In this document: positions 33,992-44,096 of the stretch, one piece after another | How positions within the stretch are numbered: position 1 is the stretch's first letter | Layout: the number at the start of each line of letters is the position of its first letter | Assembly: GCA_963785725.1 (NCBI GenBank) | Contig: CAWAWS010000004.1 | Location: forward strand, 64,001-128,000 | DNA from: an uncultured delta proteobacterium | GTDB taxonomy: Bacteria > Myxococcota_A > Polyangia > Palsa-1104 | Direction: 5' to 3' | Length of the DNA: 64,000 bases | The notes under the pieces: generated by a model | The model's input: the letters and a program-made list of their open reading frames with translations, nothing else | Told to the model about the DNA's origin: nothing | The model's database searches: none | Program-made: the position numbers and the translations under genes

Positions 33992-35404
33992 ATGACGCCG
34001 TCCATCGCCAAACGCGCACCGGGGAGCCTCGCCGAACGCTTCTGGTCCATCGCCCGTTCGGGCGGAGCCGCGGGTGACGACACGACGAACCCCGATCCGA
34101 AAGCGGTCGTGCGCCACGTCCTGTGCATTTTGGACGCGCTGTGGGCGGGCGAAGTCGGCGATGGCGTGTCGCAGGCGACGGTGTCGTTCCTGCAGATGCT
34201 GCGGCAGCAAGAGCAGGCGGGCGACCTGTCCTACGCCTCGCCCGAGCAGGCGCGCGGCGAGTCGCTCGACGAACGCTCGCTCGTGTTCTCGGTCGGCGTC
34301 CTCTTGTTCGAGGAGCTGACCGGTCGTCATCCCTTCGGCGCCATGGCGTCGGGTCGGCGCTTTGCCCGCATTCAAAAGTGTGAGCTCGGCTCGGGCGTGC
34401 AGTATTTCCCACAAGTGCCGGCGCAGCTGCGCAACATGCTCATGAAGGCGATGGGCCCGTTTCCCGAGGAGCGCTATCGCTCGCTGGCCGAGCTGCGCGA
34501 CGTGCTCGAGCGCTTCGTCGACGGCCGGCCGGACGAGACGCCGTCGCGACTGCGCCGGCCGCTGCGCGGCTTGCCGCCGACGCCGGCCGATTTGGCGTTC
34601 GCGCCGGTCGACGAGGTCATGCCGACGCGCGTGATGTCGCGCCGCCCGGCGACCGCCGCGGCGCCGGTCACGCCGGCCCAGCCGTCGATGCGCGGGCAGC
34701 AGCCGATGTTGCCGATGGCGCGCGTCAACGGCAACGCCGCCCAGCCGTTGCCGCAGCCGCTGCGCGCGGTGTCGCTGCTGCAGCAGAAGCCGAGCTTCGG
34801 GCCGGCGATTCCCACCGTCGTCACGGTTCCGAACGTCCCGAGCGCGCCGGTCGTCGGCGACGGGACCGACAAAGTGCAGCAGGTGACGCCGTCGATGGCG
34901 CGCACCTATGTCGTGCTCGAGCGCGTCGCGTATGTGGCGTGTGGCGCGCTCTTGGCGCTCATCGCGGCCTACGTCGCGCTCAAGCCGCGCCATGTCGCGA
35001 CACCCGTCGCGGCGGTCGCGGCGCCGCTGGCCGGTGAGCCGGCACGCAATGTCGAGCCGCCGGCGCTGCAGGTCGCCGCCGCGCCGCCGCAAGCCGCCGC
35101 CTTCGACGCCGACGTCGGCGGTCAGAACGTGGCCAAGGCCTCGCGCAGCTGTTTCCTCGCCGATCGCGCCGCCAAGACGATCTCGTTCGGCGTCGGCGTC
35201 ATGTGGGGCAAAGACGAAGCGCTCTCGCGCCGCATGTTCATGTCCGCCGACGAGCCGCTCTCCGCCGACGAGCGCAAGTGCGTCGCGCACGCGATGGTCG
35301 GGCTGGAAGCGGGCGCCGCGCCGACGCGCAGCACGATCGTCGAGTATCGGTTACGTCTGCGCCCCGACGGGACGAATGACGTCAAAGCGATGGTGCAGAA
35401 GTAA
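33992..35404 (+). CDS. Membrane protein carrying only a Ser/Thr kinase C-lobe (pseudokinase)
   Basis: YASPEQARGESLDERSLVFSVGVLLFEELTGRHPF..PEERY; Pro-rich linker and TM. Confidence 0.75.
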   Translation: MTPSIAKRAPGSLAERFWSIARSGGAAGDDTTNPDPKAVVRHVLCILDALWAGEVGDGVSQATVSFLQMLRQQEQAGDLSYASPEQARGESLDERSLVFSVGVLLFEELTGRHPFGAMASGRRFARIQKCELGSGVQYFPQVPAQLRNMLMKAMGPFPEERYRSLAELRDVLERFVDGRPDETPSRLRRPLRGLPPTPADLAFAPVDEVMPTRVMSRRPATAAAPVTPAQPSMRGQQPMLPMARVNGNAAQPLPQPLRAVSLLQQKPSFGPAIPTVVTVPNVPSAPVVGDGTDKVQQVTPSMARTYVVLERVAYVACGALLALIAAYVALKPRHVATPVAAVAAPLAGEPARNVEPPALQVAAAPPQAAAFDADVGGQNVAKASRSCFLADRAAKTISFGVGVMWGKDEALSRRMFMSADEPLSADERKCVAHAMVGLEAGAAPTRSTIVEYRLRLRPDGTNDVKAMVQK

Positions 35405-35418
35405 CCAAAAGTCCTACT

Positions 35419-35434
35419 TGGACCGCGCGTTGCA
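35419..35434 (+). promoter_or_regulatory. Sigma54 -24/-12 motif TGGACCGCGCGTTGCA
   Basis: 14 nt before ATG 35447. Confidence 0.65.
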
Positions 35435-35446
35435 AAGCTTTGGGGT

Positions 35447-35833
35447 ATGAAAATCTCAAAGCTGATTCGGACCTTCGTCATCGCCGCTCCGCTGGCTCTG
35501 CTGCCGGCCGCGGCATTCGCTCAGGGCGCCGGCGCGGGCGCCGGCAGCGCCGGCTCGGGCTCGACCGCGGCTGGCGTCGGCGGCTCGGGCACGAGCATGG
35601 GCAACACGCCGGGCGCGCTGCCCAACACGACGAGCGGCGGCGCTCCGGCGACGGGCAATAGCAACCTCGGCAACGACAACGCCGGCTCGCCGACGTCGAC
35701 GGGCTTGCCGTCGAACCCGGTCGACACGACCTCGCCGAGCAGTATTCCGCCGTCGACGTCGACCACGCCTTCGAGCGACCTGCCGTCGACCGGCACCGGC
35801 GGATCGAGCGGCGGCACCACGTCCACGCACTAG
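35447..35833 (+). CDS. Secreted low-complexity Gly/Ser/Thr-rich protein
   Basis: Signal peptide ending AFA-Q. Confidence 0.75.
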   Translation: MKISKLIRTFVIAAPLALLPAAAFAQGAGAGAGSAGSGSTAAGVGGSGTSMGNTPGALPNTTSGGAPATGNSNLGNDNAGSPTSTGLPSNPVDTTSPSSIPPSTSTTPSSDLPSTGTGGSSGGTTSTH

Positions 35834-35859
35834 CCGCTCACGTCAGCGGGCGCGCGTCG

Positions 35860-37575
35860 CTACATGCGGTCCAGTACCTCGATACCCAAGAGGTCGAGAC
35901 CCTGCTTGAGCGCGCGCGCCGTCAGCTGGCACAACGACAATCGCGACGCGCGTAGCTCGGGCTCGGCCTTGAGCACCGGGTGCTCGCTGTAGAACGTCGA
36001 GAAGGCGCCGGCCAGATCGTACAAGTAGTCGCACAGCAGATGCGGACGCGTCTGCGCCGCGACCGATTCGACGGCGGCGCCGAAGTCGTACAGCTTCGTC
36101 AGGAGCACGCGCTCGGACGTCACCAGCGTCGCCAGCGCGCCCGGCGCCGCGCCTTCGTCGGCCGCTTTGCGCAAGATCGACTGAATGCGCGCATAGGCGT
36201 ACTGCAAATAAGGACCGCTGTTGCCGGCCAGCGACAGCGCCTTGTCCCACGTGAACGTCACGCCGGTCTGACGATCTTTCGACAGATCGTTGTACTTCAC
36301 GGCGCCCATGCCGACGACGCGCGCGATCTCGCGCAGCTGCTCCTCGGTGAAGCCTTCGTCGTGCTGCTTGGCCAGCTCGTAGGCACGCTTCTCGGCTTCG
36401 TCGAGCAGCACTTCCAAGTGGATGACGTTGCCGTCGCGCGTCGAGATCGTGCCTTCGGCCAGGCGCATGAGGCCGAACCACACGTGCTCCAAGCTGCATT
36501 CGACGCCGAGCCGCTTGGCGATCGTCCACACCTGCTTGAAGTGCAGCTGCTGGCGATCGTCGGTCAGCACGACGATTCGCGACGGATTCCAACGCTCGAC
36601 GCGATAGAGCACGCCGGCGATGTCGGTCGTCGCGTAGTTGTAACCGCCGTCCGATTTGCGCACCAGCGCCGGCGGCATCTCTTCAGTGCCGTCGGGCTTC
36701 TTGAAGAACACGACGAGCGCGCCGCGGCTCGGCTCGGCGATGCCGCGATCGAGCAGCAGCTGCACCGTCGCCGCCAGCCGATCGTTGTAGAAGCTCTCGC
36801 CCAGCACGACGTCGAAGCTGACGCCGAGCCGCCGATAGACGCGCTGGAACTCGTTCATGGACAGGTCGATGAACTGCTGCCACAAGGCGACGTTCGCCGC
36901 ATCGCCCGCTTGCAGCTTCACCAGCTCGGCGCGCGCTTCGAGCATCAACGGCGTCGGCTGCTTCTCGCCTTCGGCATCGTCGTCCTCTTTGGCTTCGCCG
37001 CCTTGCTTCTTCGTCTCCTCTTGGAACTTGATGTACAAACGCAACAGCTCGCCCACCGGATCGGCGGCGAACGCGGCCGTGTCGACCCAGTTGCGATAGG
37101 CGACGATGAGCTTGCCGAACTGCGTGCCCCAATCGCCCAAGTGGTTGTCGGCGACGACGTCATAGCCGACGGCGCGCAACGACCGCTTGATGGCCTCGCC
37201 GATGATCGTCGAGCGAATATGGCCGATGTGCATGGGCTTGGCGACGTTCGGCGACGAGTAGTCGATGACGACGCGCTGCCCGCCGGCGATGTCGCGAATG
37301 CGTAAACAGTCGCTGCTGTGCTGCGCCAGCCACTCGTCGCGCACGAAGACGTTGACGAAGCCGGGACCCGCGATCTCGGCTTTGGCGACCGCCGCATGTC
37401 CGCTGATCGCGTCGAGAATTCGCTGGGCGACCTCGCGCGGCTGCTTCTTCTCGGCCTTCGCCAGCGACATGGCGGCGTTGATCTGCAAGTCGCCGAACTC
37501 GGCGCGCTTGGCGCGCACGACGGTGGCGACGGGGACTTCGGCGCGCTGCGCCAGTTCGTTCATCAAGTCGAGCAT
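35860..37575 (-). CDS. argS: Arginine--tRNA ligase
   Basis: SSPNVAKPMHIGH, GDWGTQFG, PYLQYAYARI, GIEVLDRM. Confidence 0.97.
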   Translation of the reverse strand: MLDLMNELAQRAEVPVATVVRAKRAEFGDLQINAAMSLAKAEKKQPREVAQRILDAISGHAAVAKAEIAGPGFVNVFVRDEWLAQHSSDCLRIRDIAGGQRVVIDYSSPNVAKPMHIGHIRSTIIGEAIKRSLRAVGYDVVADNHLGDWGTQFGKLIVAYRNWVDTAAFAADPVGELLRLYIKFQEETKKQGGEAKEDDDAEGEKQPTPLMLEARAELVKLQAGDAANVALWQQFIDLSMNEFQRVYRRLGVSFDVVLGESFYNDRLAATVQLLLDRGIAEPSRGALVVFFKKPDGTEEMPPALVRKSDGGYNYATTDIAGVLYRVERWNPSRIVVLTDDRQQLHFKQVWTIAKRLGVECSLEHVWFGLMRLAEGTISTRDGNVIHLEVLLDEAEKRAYELAKQHDEGFTEEQLREIARVVGMGAVKYNDLSKDRQTGVTFTWDKALSLAGNSGPYLQYAYARIQSILRKAADEGAAPGALATLVTSERVLLTKLYDFGAAVESVAAQTRPHLLCDYLYDLAGAFSTFYSEHPVLKAEPELRASRLSLCQLTARALKQGLDLLGIEVLDRM

Positions 37576-37642
37576 GGCGACGAGAAGCTACCACAACGCC
37601 GTCGCGCTGGCGTCCGTGCGCCGGCCGTCGTAGCCTCAGGCG

Positions 37643-38071
37643 ATGCTGTGGGTCAAAGCGCTGCACGTCATCTTCATGGTGACGTGGTTCTCCGGACTCT
37701 TTTACTTGCCGCGGCTGTTCGTCTATCACGCGATGTCGAGCGATCAGCCGTCGATCGATCGCTTCAAGATCATGGAGCGCAAGCTGTTCGTGATGGCGAC
37801 GATCGGCGCCGTGCTGACGACGATCTTCGGCGCGATCATGCTGTTCTCGTACGCGTGGGAGCAGAATCAGCTGCAGCACACGCATTGGCTGCACGCGAAG
37901 CTAGCGCTGGTGCTCTTGCTCTACGGCTATCACGTCTGGTGCGGGCTCCTCGTTCGCGACTTCAAGCTCGACCGCAACACGCGCTCGCACAAGTGGTACC
38001 GCTTCTTCAACGAGGCGCCGACGCTGATCCTGTTCGGCATCGTCATCCTCGTGCTCGTCCGCCCGTTCTAA
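37643..38071 (+). CDS. hemJ: Protoporphyrinogen IX oxidase HemJ (CopD family)
   Basis: WVKALHVIFMVTWFSGLFYLPRLFVYH, RFFNEAPT. Confidence 0.92.
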   Translation: MLWVKALHVIFMVTWFSGLFYLPRLFVYHAMSSDQPSIDRFKIMERKLFVMATIGAVLTTIFGAIMLFSYAWEQNQLQHTHWLHAKLALVLLLYGYHVWCGLLVRDFKLDRNTRSHKWYRFFNEAPTLILFGIVILVLVRPF

Positions 38072-38981
38072 ACGCGCGCAGCAGTAGGAGCCCGAGCGTC
38101 GCCAGCGCCGCGACCAGCAGCGAGAAGTCGCGCCCGCGCGGCGGCTCGGCCGGCGCGACGCTACAGCCGCTGCCGTAGCCGTCGTCGATCTCGAGGAAGC
38201 AGCCGAGCTTGCCGGCGAGCGGTCCGTAGACGTCGCAGACGCCGCTCACGTCATCGCTCGTCAGCGGCCGCGCCGACGGATCGGCGGGCACGTAAAACGG
38301 ATACATGATCGTCGCGATTATGCTGTCGGGCAGCTCGGAGTCGCAGTCGGGGATCGGCTGGCCGGTGTTGTCGATCGGCGCCGTCGGCGTGATGTGGTCC
38401 CAGCACGTGTGCGCCAAGCCTTGGACGTGCCCGAGCTCGTGGGTCAGCGTGTTGATGAGGTTGACCAAGATCGTCCCGTCCCGCGCCGTCGCGTTCGCGA
38501 GATCGATGGTGAACGTGTAGTTGACGTCGTTGACCTCGATGTCGGCGTCCGTCAGCGTGCCGTCGCCGATCTGGCCCGGCGTGTCGACGTACATGACCGT
38601 CGTCAGCGCGATCGCCGACGGATCGTAGGGCGGAAAACCCGGCCGCTGCCAGGTCACGTTGCGAAAGATGACCGCTTGATGGCCGTCGTCGCCGACCTCG
38701 AGGATGCCTTTGGGCGCCGTCATCGACAGCGTCAAGCCGCCGCACGATCCGGTGTGCGTCGTCCAGGCGTCGATCGACTGCTGCAGCGCCGATTGCACGT
38801 CGGACATCGGCATGTCCTGGCTGCCGCGCGAGTCCGGCTGCATGACGATGCACTGGATGTTCCAGCGCACCGGCACGGTCGGAATCGTCGTGTCGTCGTG
38901 CTGCGTCGTCGTGCGGACATAGGCGCGCGCCGGCGCGGTCACGGCCAGGACCAAAAATCCGACGAAGAGAGCGAGCTTCAC
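38043..38981 (-). CDS. Metzincin (matrixin-like) metalloprotease with MYXO-CTERM-like tail
   Basis: Signal peptide, HELGHVQGLAH, TIMYP Met-turn, GSGCSVA followed by a hydrophobic tail. Confidence 0.85.
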   Translation of the reverse strand: MKLALFVGFLVLAVTAPARAYVRTTTQHDDTTIPTVPVRWNIQCIVMQPDSRGSQDMPMSDVQSALQQSIDAWTTHTGSCGGLTLSMTAPKGILEVGDDGHQAVIFRNVTWQRPGFPPYDPSAIALTTVMYVDTPGQIGDGTLTDADIEVNDVNYTFTIDLANATARDGTILVNLINTLTHELGHVQGLAHTCWDHITPTAPIDNTGQPIPDCDSELPDSIIATIMYPFYVPADPSARPLTSDDVSGVCDVYGPLAGKLGCFLEIDDGYGSGCSVAPAEPPRGRDFSLLVAALATLGLLLLRAFRTGGRARG

Positions 38982-39114
38982 GACGACAACGTCATCATGT
39001 CACGAGTGGGACGCCCATGCTCGCCTAGGGGTTCCACGCCGAGCCCGATCACGTAAGCACGCGACCCGTCCGGTCAACAGCCTAGGTCACAGTTGATGTA
39101 TGATTTGCGCCGCG

Positions 39115-40398
39115 ATGACCAACGAGCGGGTGGTGGCACGATCTAAGTTTATCTGGGCTGGATTCGCGCTCGCCCTCTCGATGACCCTGACGGCGCCGGC
39201 GCGCGCTGCGAACGTCGAAAAAGAGGATGACGGCGGCGAAATCAACCTCGCCATCGGCGGTCACAAGGTCATCAACGCCAGCAACCTCGACGGCTACGAC
39301 GAGGTGCAGAACATCGTCAAGTTCACGGTCGACGGCAACAAGCTCATCATCACCGGCGTTCGCATCGGCTCGTCGTCGCTCATCTTGGCCTACAAAGGCG
39401 GCCGCCACGAAGAGCGCGCCATCAACGTCTTTGCCCGCTCGCCTGCCGCAATTCGCGGTGAAATCAAGCAGTTGATGAACGGCATGAACGGCGTCGACGT
39501 GCGCGAAATCGGCGGCCGCATCTTCCTCGACGGCGCCGTGCCGACGCCCGACGACTTGGCGCGCGTCGAGCGCATCGTCGCCTTGTACGCCGGCCAAGTG
39601 GCCTCGCTGGTGACGATCGATCCGTCGCGCCAGCGCACCAACATCAAGCTCGACCTGCACTTCGTCCAGTTCTCGAAGACCAGCTCGTACAAGTTCGGCG
39701 TCAACTGGCCGGCCAACATCGGCGCCCACTTGAACGGCTCCGGCCAGCCGTCGGTCAACTTCAACTACACTTACGATTTCATACAGAAAGCGGCCACTTC
39801 GGGGCAGCTCGTCATCGCCGAGAACTTGCTGCCGTCGCTCGACATCTTGGGCACGCGCGGCTGGGCCAAGGTCAACAACGCCGCGTCGATCATCACCACC
39901 AACGGCGGCACGGCGACCTATCACACCGGCGGCGAGGTCAACGTCAAGATCTCGACCTCGCTCGGCCAGTCGACGCTGCAAAAGATCTTGTTCGGCGTGC
40001 AATTGACCGTTACGCCGCGGCTCGATCCGGCATCGGGCCTCATCATCGTCACCATCGACGCCGAGCAGTCGCAGCTGCAAGTCGTGCAAGGCCAAGACGT
40101 TCCCGGGCGCAGCGTGACGCAGACCAAGACGTCGGTGCACGTCAAGCTGGGCCAGTCGATCATGCTCAGCGGCTTCAAGCAGCAGTCGCAAGATCTCAAT
40201 GGCACCGGCATCCCCGGCCTCATGCAGATCCCGATTCTCGGCTACCTGTTCCGCACCGAAGCCGGCGACTCGACGAACACCGAGAACGTCCTGTTCATCA
40301 CGCCGACGGTCATCGAGCACACGTCGCCCGAGAACGCGCGCCGCATCGAGGACGCGCTCAAGCGCTACGAGGACTACGGCGGCACTGTCGTGTACTAA
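39115..40398 (+). CDS. CpaC/RcpA-like Tad secretin
   Basis: N-terminal pilus domain, BON-like region, FGVQLTVTP, GIPGLMQIPILGYLF, LFITP. Confidence 0.85.
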   Translation: MTNERVVARSKFIWAGFALALSMTLTAPARAANVEKEDDGGEINLAIGGHKVINASNLDGYDEVQNIVKFTVDGNKLIITGVRIGSSSLILAYKGGRHEERAINVFARSPAAIRGEIKQLMNGMNGVDVREIGGRIFLDGAVPTPDDLARVERIVALYAGQVASLVTIDPSRQRTNIKLDLHFVQFSKTSSYKFGVNWPANIGAHLNGSGQPSVNFNYTYDFIQKAATSGQLVIAENLLPSLDILGTRGWAKVNNAASIITTNGGTATYHTGGEVNVKISTSLGQSTLQKILFGVQLTVTPRLDPASGLIIVTIDAEQSQLQVVQGQDVPGRSVTQTKTSVHVKLGQSIMLSGFKQQSQDLNGTGIPGLMQIPILGYLFRTEAGDSTNTENVLFITPTVIEHTSPENARRIEDALKRYEDYGGTVVY

Positions 40399-41054
40399 TG
40401 ATTCGGTCGTACTTTCCGATAGTTCTGCTTATTGCCGGCTGCGCGCACAGCGACGAGCCGCGGCCGCCCAAGAACCTGACGGCGCTTGAGAAGAAGCTGC
40501 AGCAGCAGCCCGACGACGCGCGCGTCAACATGCAAGCCGGCGACAACGCGGCCTCGACCGGCGACTATCTGCGCGCCGAGCAGTATTACCGCCGCGCCGA
40601 AGCCTTGGGCACACCGCCGACGGTGACGGTGCCGCGCATCCTCAACGTGCTGGCGGCCGCGCGGCGCTACGACGAGGCGCTCGAGCTCTGCCGTCAGCGC
40701 CTCGGCGTCGCACCCGACGATCGGGCGACGCGCATGGTGGAGGCGGCGATCTTGGAGGCGCTCGATCGACCGCGCGAAGCCGAGCGCGAGCTGACGCGTC
40801 TGACGCACACGCGGCCCGATGATCCGCATCCCTACTTGGCGCTCGGCAAGCTCTATCGCGACAGCTATCACGACACGACGCGGGCGCGCGGCATGTTCCA
40901 GACGTACCTGAAGCTCGATCCGAAAGGCCGAGAGGCGGAGGCCATTCGCTATCAGCTCGACGACTGGCTGCAGCCGGACACGTCGACGGCGCCGACGCTC
41001 GACGCGCCGCCGGCGGCGACGCCGGTCCCCTCGACGCTCGCGCCGAATCAGTAG
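40398..41054 (+). CDS. TPR lipoprotein (pilotin/TadD-like)
   Basis: Lipobox IAGC; TPR helices; coupled to the secretin gene. Confidence 0.75.
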   Translation: MIRSYFPIVLLIAGCAHSDEPRPPKNLTALEKKLQQQPDDARVNMQAGDNAASTGDYLRAEQYYRRAEALGTPPTVTVPRILNVLAAARRYDEALELCRQRLGVAPDDRATRMVEAAILEALDRPREAERELTRLTHTRPDDPHPYLALGKLYRDSYHDTTRARGMFQTYLKLDPKGREAEAIRYQLDDWLQPDTSTAPTLDAPPAATPVPSTLAPNQ

Positions 41055-41060
41055 TCGCGC

Positions 41061-41615
41061 ATGCGGCTCCTTCAGCCGGGCGTCGTCGACAGCGCGGCCG
41101 CAGTCGTCCTCGTCGCCGTCGCCGTCGTCTGCGCCATCAGCGACGTCTGGAAGGGCAAAATCTACAACGTCGTGACCTATCCGGCGATCGTCGTCGGGCT
41201 CGGGTTACAGCTGGCGCAACACGGGCTCGCCGGCCTCGCGTCGTCGCTGGAGGGCCTGGCCGTCTGCGTGCTGCCGGCGTCGCTGCTGTTCCTGCTCGGC
41301 GGTTTGGCCGGCGGCGACGTGAAGCTGCTCGCCGTCGTCGGCGCCGTCGCCGGCTGGCCCGCGGCCGCCGAAGCGCTGTTGCTGACGTTCGTGTGCGCCG
41401 GCCTCATCGCGCTCGGCGAGCTGGCCTGGCACGGCCGGCTCTTCGCGACGCTGTGGCGCCCGCTGCGCGTCGCCGTCGGGCTCGTCGTGCGCAAATGGCG
41501 CCCGCCGGCGCCGGCGAATCCGCCCTTGTCCGTGCGTTTCGGCGTCGCCGTCTGCTTGGGCGTGCTGGCGACGCTGTGGGATCTGCAGAGCGGCGTCTTT
41601 TCCCGCCTGTTTTAA
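41061..41615 (+). CDS. A24 prepilin peptidase (CpaA/TadV-like)
   Basis: SDVWKGKIYN, GGDVKLL, RFGVAV. Confidence 0.88.
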   Translation: MRLLQPGVVDSAAAVVLVAVAVVCAISDVWKGKIYNVVTYPAIVVGLGLQLAQHGLAGLASSLEGLAVCVLPASLLFLLGGLAGGDVKLLAVVGAVAGWPAAAEALLLTFVCAGLIALGELAWHGRLFATLWRPLRVAVGLVVRKWRPPAPANPPLSVRFGVAVCLGVLATLWDLQSGVFSRLF

Positions 41616-41665
41616 CGGCTGCTGCGGCGAGTGGCTGGGCGCTCGGCGGTGCCTATGAACCAAGC

Positions 41666-43444
41666 GTGGCTCCCATCGGTGCCGTCGTCGAATCCGCGGG
41701 TGTTCGCTTTCGCGTGTGGGCTCCGAAGCCGCGCACGATCGCCGTCGAAATCGTCGCGCCCGACGCACGCACGATCGCGTTGAAGCCCACGGGCGACGGC
41801 TGGTTCGAAGGCTTCGCCGACGGGCTCGGCGCCGGCGCGCGCTACCAATTCGTGCTCGACGGGGAGCGCCGCCGACCCGACCCGGCGTCGCGCGCGCAGC
41901 CCGAAGGCGTGCATGGTCCGTCGGCGGTGGTCGACGCGTCCGCGTTTCGATGGTCGCATCCGCGTCGCCGCCGGCCGATGAACGAGCTCGTCGTCTACGA
42001 GCTGCACGTCGGCACGTTCACGCGCGGCGGCACCTTCGACAGCGCCATCGCCGAGCTCGATCGTTTGGTCGATCTAGGCGTGACGGCGGTCGAGATCCTG
42101 CCGGTCGCCAGCTTCGCCGGGGCCCGCAATTGGGGTTACGACGGCGTCGACTGGTTCGCGCCGCAGCAGTCGTACGGCGGCCCCGACGGCTTACGCCGTC
42201 TCGTCGACGCGGCGCACGGCCGTGGCCTCACCTTCCTGCTCGACGTCGTCTACAACCACTTCGGCCCCGAAGGCAGCTACGTCGGCGAGCTCGCGCCCTG
42301 GTTCACGAGCCGCCACAAGACGCCGTGGGGCGACGCCATCGACTACGGCAACCCAGCGGTTCGCGCCTACATCCTCGAGAACGCGCGCATGTGGCTCGAC
42401 GACTATCGTATCGACGGGTTGCGCCTCGACGCCGTGCACGCGATCGCCGACGATCAGCCGCGTCACATCGTCGCCGACGTCGCTCGGCTGGCCCACGAGC
42501 GCGGCGCCATCATCATCGCCGAGAGCGACTTGGGCGACGCCAACGTCATCCGCGAGAACGGCTGGAATTGCGACGCCCAATGGTCGGACGATTTCCACCA
42601 CGCGCTGCACGCCGTCGTCACCGGCGAGCGCAAGGGCTACTACGTCGACTTCGGCGCCGTCGCGCAGCTCGCCCGCGCCGTCAAGGAGGGCTTCGTCTTC
42701 CAAGGCGAGCACTCGAAGCTGCGCGGCCGACCGTTCGGCACGCCGTCGGCCGATCTTCCCGGCGAGCGCTTCGTCATCTGCGCGCAGAATCACGATCAGA
42801 TCGGCAATCGCGCCGTCGGGGAGCGGCTGGCGCAGCTGGCGCCTGGCTGCGAATGGCCGGTCGCCGCCGTGCTGCTCTTGGCGCCGGCCGTGCCGATGCT
42901 GTTCATGGGGGAAGAGCACGCCGATCCGGCGCCGTTCCAGTACTTCACCGATCACGGCGACGCGGCGCTGGCGCAAGCGGTTCGCGACGGTCGCCGCCGC
43001 GAGTTCCCGGGCTGGGAAGCCTCGGAGGTGCCCGATCCGCAAGCTGCGACGACGCACCATCGCTCGCGCGTCGACCTGGCGCTCGCCGACGACAGCGGCA
43101 GCCGTCACGCCGCCGTCCGTCGCTGGCATCAGGCGCTCTTGGCCCTGCGCAAGGCGCATCCGGCGCTGCGCGCGCTCGATCGCGGCCGCTGCCGCGTCAT
43201 CGTCGACGAGGAGGCGGGCGGCTTCGCCTTCGTTCGCGCGGGCGAGAGCGGCGACGTCGCGGTCGCGGTGTCGCTGCGCGGCCGGCCGACGACGCTGACG
43301 TTGCCGTCGCCCACGCGCGGGCGCTGGCAGCCACGGCTCGACGCCGGAGACCGTCACTTCGGCGGCGCGGCCGGCGCGACGCTCGACGGCGAGCGCGTGA
43401 CGCTGCCCGCGTGGGGCGCGCTCGTCCTCGTCACCGGCGCGTGA
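41666..43444 (+). CDS. treZ: Malto-oligosyltrehalose trehalohydrolase (GH13)
   Basis: FRVWAP, YELHVGTF, NWGYDG, DVVYNHFGP, GLRLDAVH, IAES, QNHDQIGNR. Confidence 0.95.
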   Translation: MAPIGAVVESAGVRFRVWAPKPRTIAVEIVAPDARTIALKPTGDGWFEGFADGLGAGARYQFVLDGERRRPDPASRAQPEGVHGPSAVVDASAFRWSHPRRRRPMNELVVYELHVGTFTRGGTFDSAIAELDRLVDLGVTAVEILPVASFAGARNWGYDGVDWFAPQQSYGGPDGLRRLVDAAHGRGLTFLLDVVYNHFGPEGSYVGELAPWFTSRHKTPWGDAIDYGNPAVRAYILENARMWLDDYRIDGLRLDAVHAIADDQPRHIVADVARLAHERGAIIIAESDLGDANVIRENGWNCDAQWSDDFHHALHAVVTGERKGYYVDFGAVAQLARAVKEGFVFQGEHSKLRGRPFGTPSADLPGERFVICAQNHDQIGNRAVGERLAQLAPGCEWPVAAVLLLAPAVPMLFMGEEHADPAPFQYFTDHGDAALAQAVRDGRRREFPGWEASEVPDPQAATTHHRSRVDLALADDSGSRHAAVRRWHQALLALRKAHPALRALDRGRCRVIVDEEAGGFAFVRAGESGDVAVAVSLRGRPTTLTLPSPTRGRWQPRLDAGDRHFGGAAGATLDGERVTLPAWGALVLVTGA

Positions 43445-43662
43445 CCGTCACCGGCTTTGCCAGTGGCCGAACCGGGCGCCGCTGTAGCGTTTCCCGTCGG
43501 TGAGCACGAGCGAGCGCACGCTCGTCGAGGCGCGAATTCTGGTCATGCGGGCGCGGCTCGCCAACGCCGGCGTCGAAGACGCGACGTGCCGTCCGAGGCG
43601 CTCAGCGCACCTCGTCGGCGGCGAACCGCTGGTGACCGCCATCCGAGGACGGCGCGCTGGTT

Positions 43663-43974
43663 TTAGCGGGCGGCGGCGAGCGGCATGTCGACCGGCAGCG
43701 GATGCGCGGACGCGAACAGCGCCTGCTCCGTGTCGTAATCGACAATGAACCCGATCGCGCCCGCAGCCCGCGCGCCGTCGACGACGTTGCGCAGGTTGGG
43801 TCCAACGATCAGGAAAGGCAGACCCTCGGCCGAAAACGCCGTGCGAGCCTTGATTGCCTTCGGTGCCGACGTGAACGCCAGCACGTACAACTCGTCTTCC
43901 ACCTTGGCCAGTAGCGGTTGGGCAGCCGCATCACGTACGATCCAAAGCCCCAACATCGATCCGTTGTGCACCAT
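43663..43974 (-). CDS. Hypothetical protein
   Basis: Globular-looking ORF preceded by a sigma54 motif. Confidence 0.6.
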   Translation of the reverse strand: MVHNGSMLGLWIVRDAAAQPLLAKVEDELYVLAFTSAPKAIKARTAFSAEGLPFLIVGPNLRNVVDGARAAGAIGFIVDYDTEQALFASAHPLPVDMPLAAAR

Positions 43975-43987
43975 CGGTTGCGCATAT

Positions 43988-44003
43988 TGCATGCTTTGGG
44001 CCG
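43988..44003 (-). promoter_or_regulatory. Sigma54 -24/-12 motif CGGCCCAAAGCATGCA
   Basis: 15 nt before ATG 43974. Confidence 0.55.
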
Positions 44004-44096
44004 ACGCGTCTTCAACGTTTTTGCATCAATGTACTTCCTCAGGCGAACCGCACACCTGCGCTTGAGCCTCCGCCGACCGAGCGCTATCTTGAGGTC

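Noticed and set aside
43448..43642. Small ORF between treZ and 43663
   Set aside because: No recognisable motif; insufficient support.
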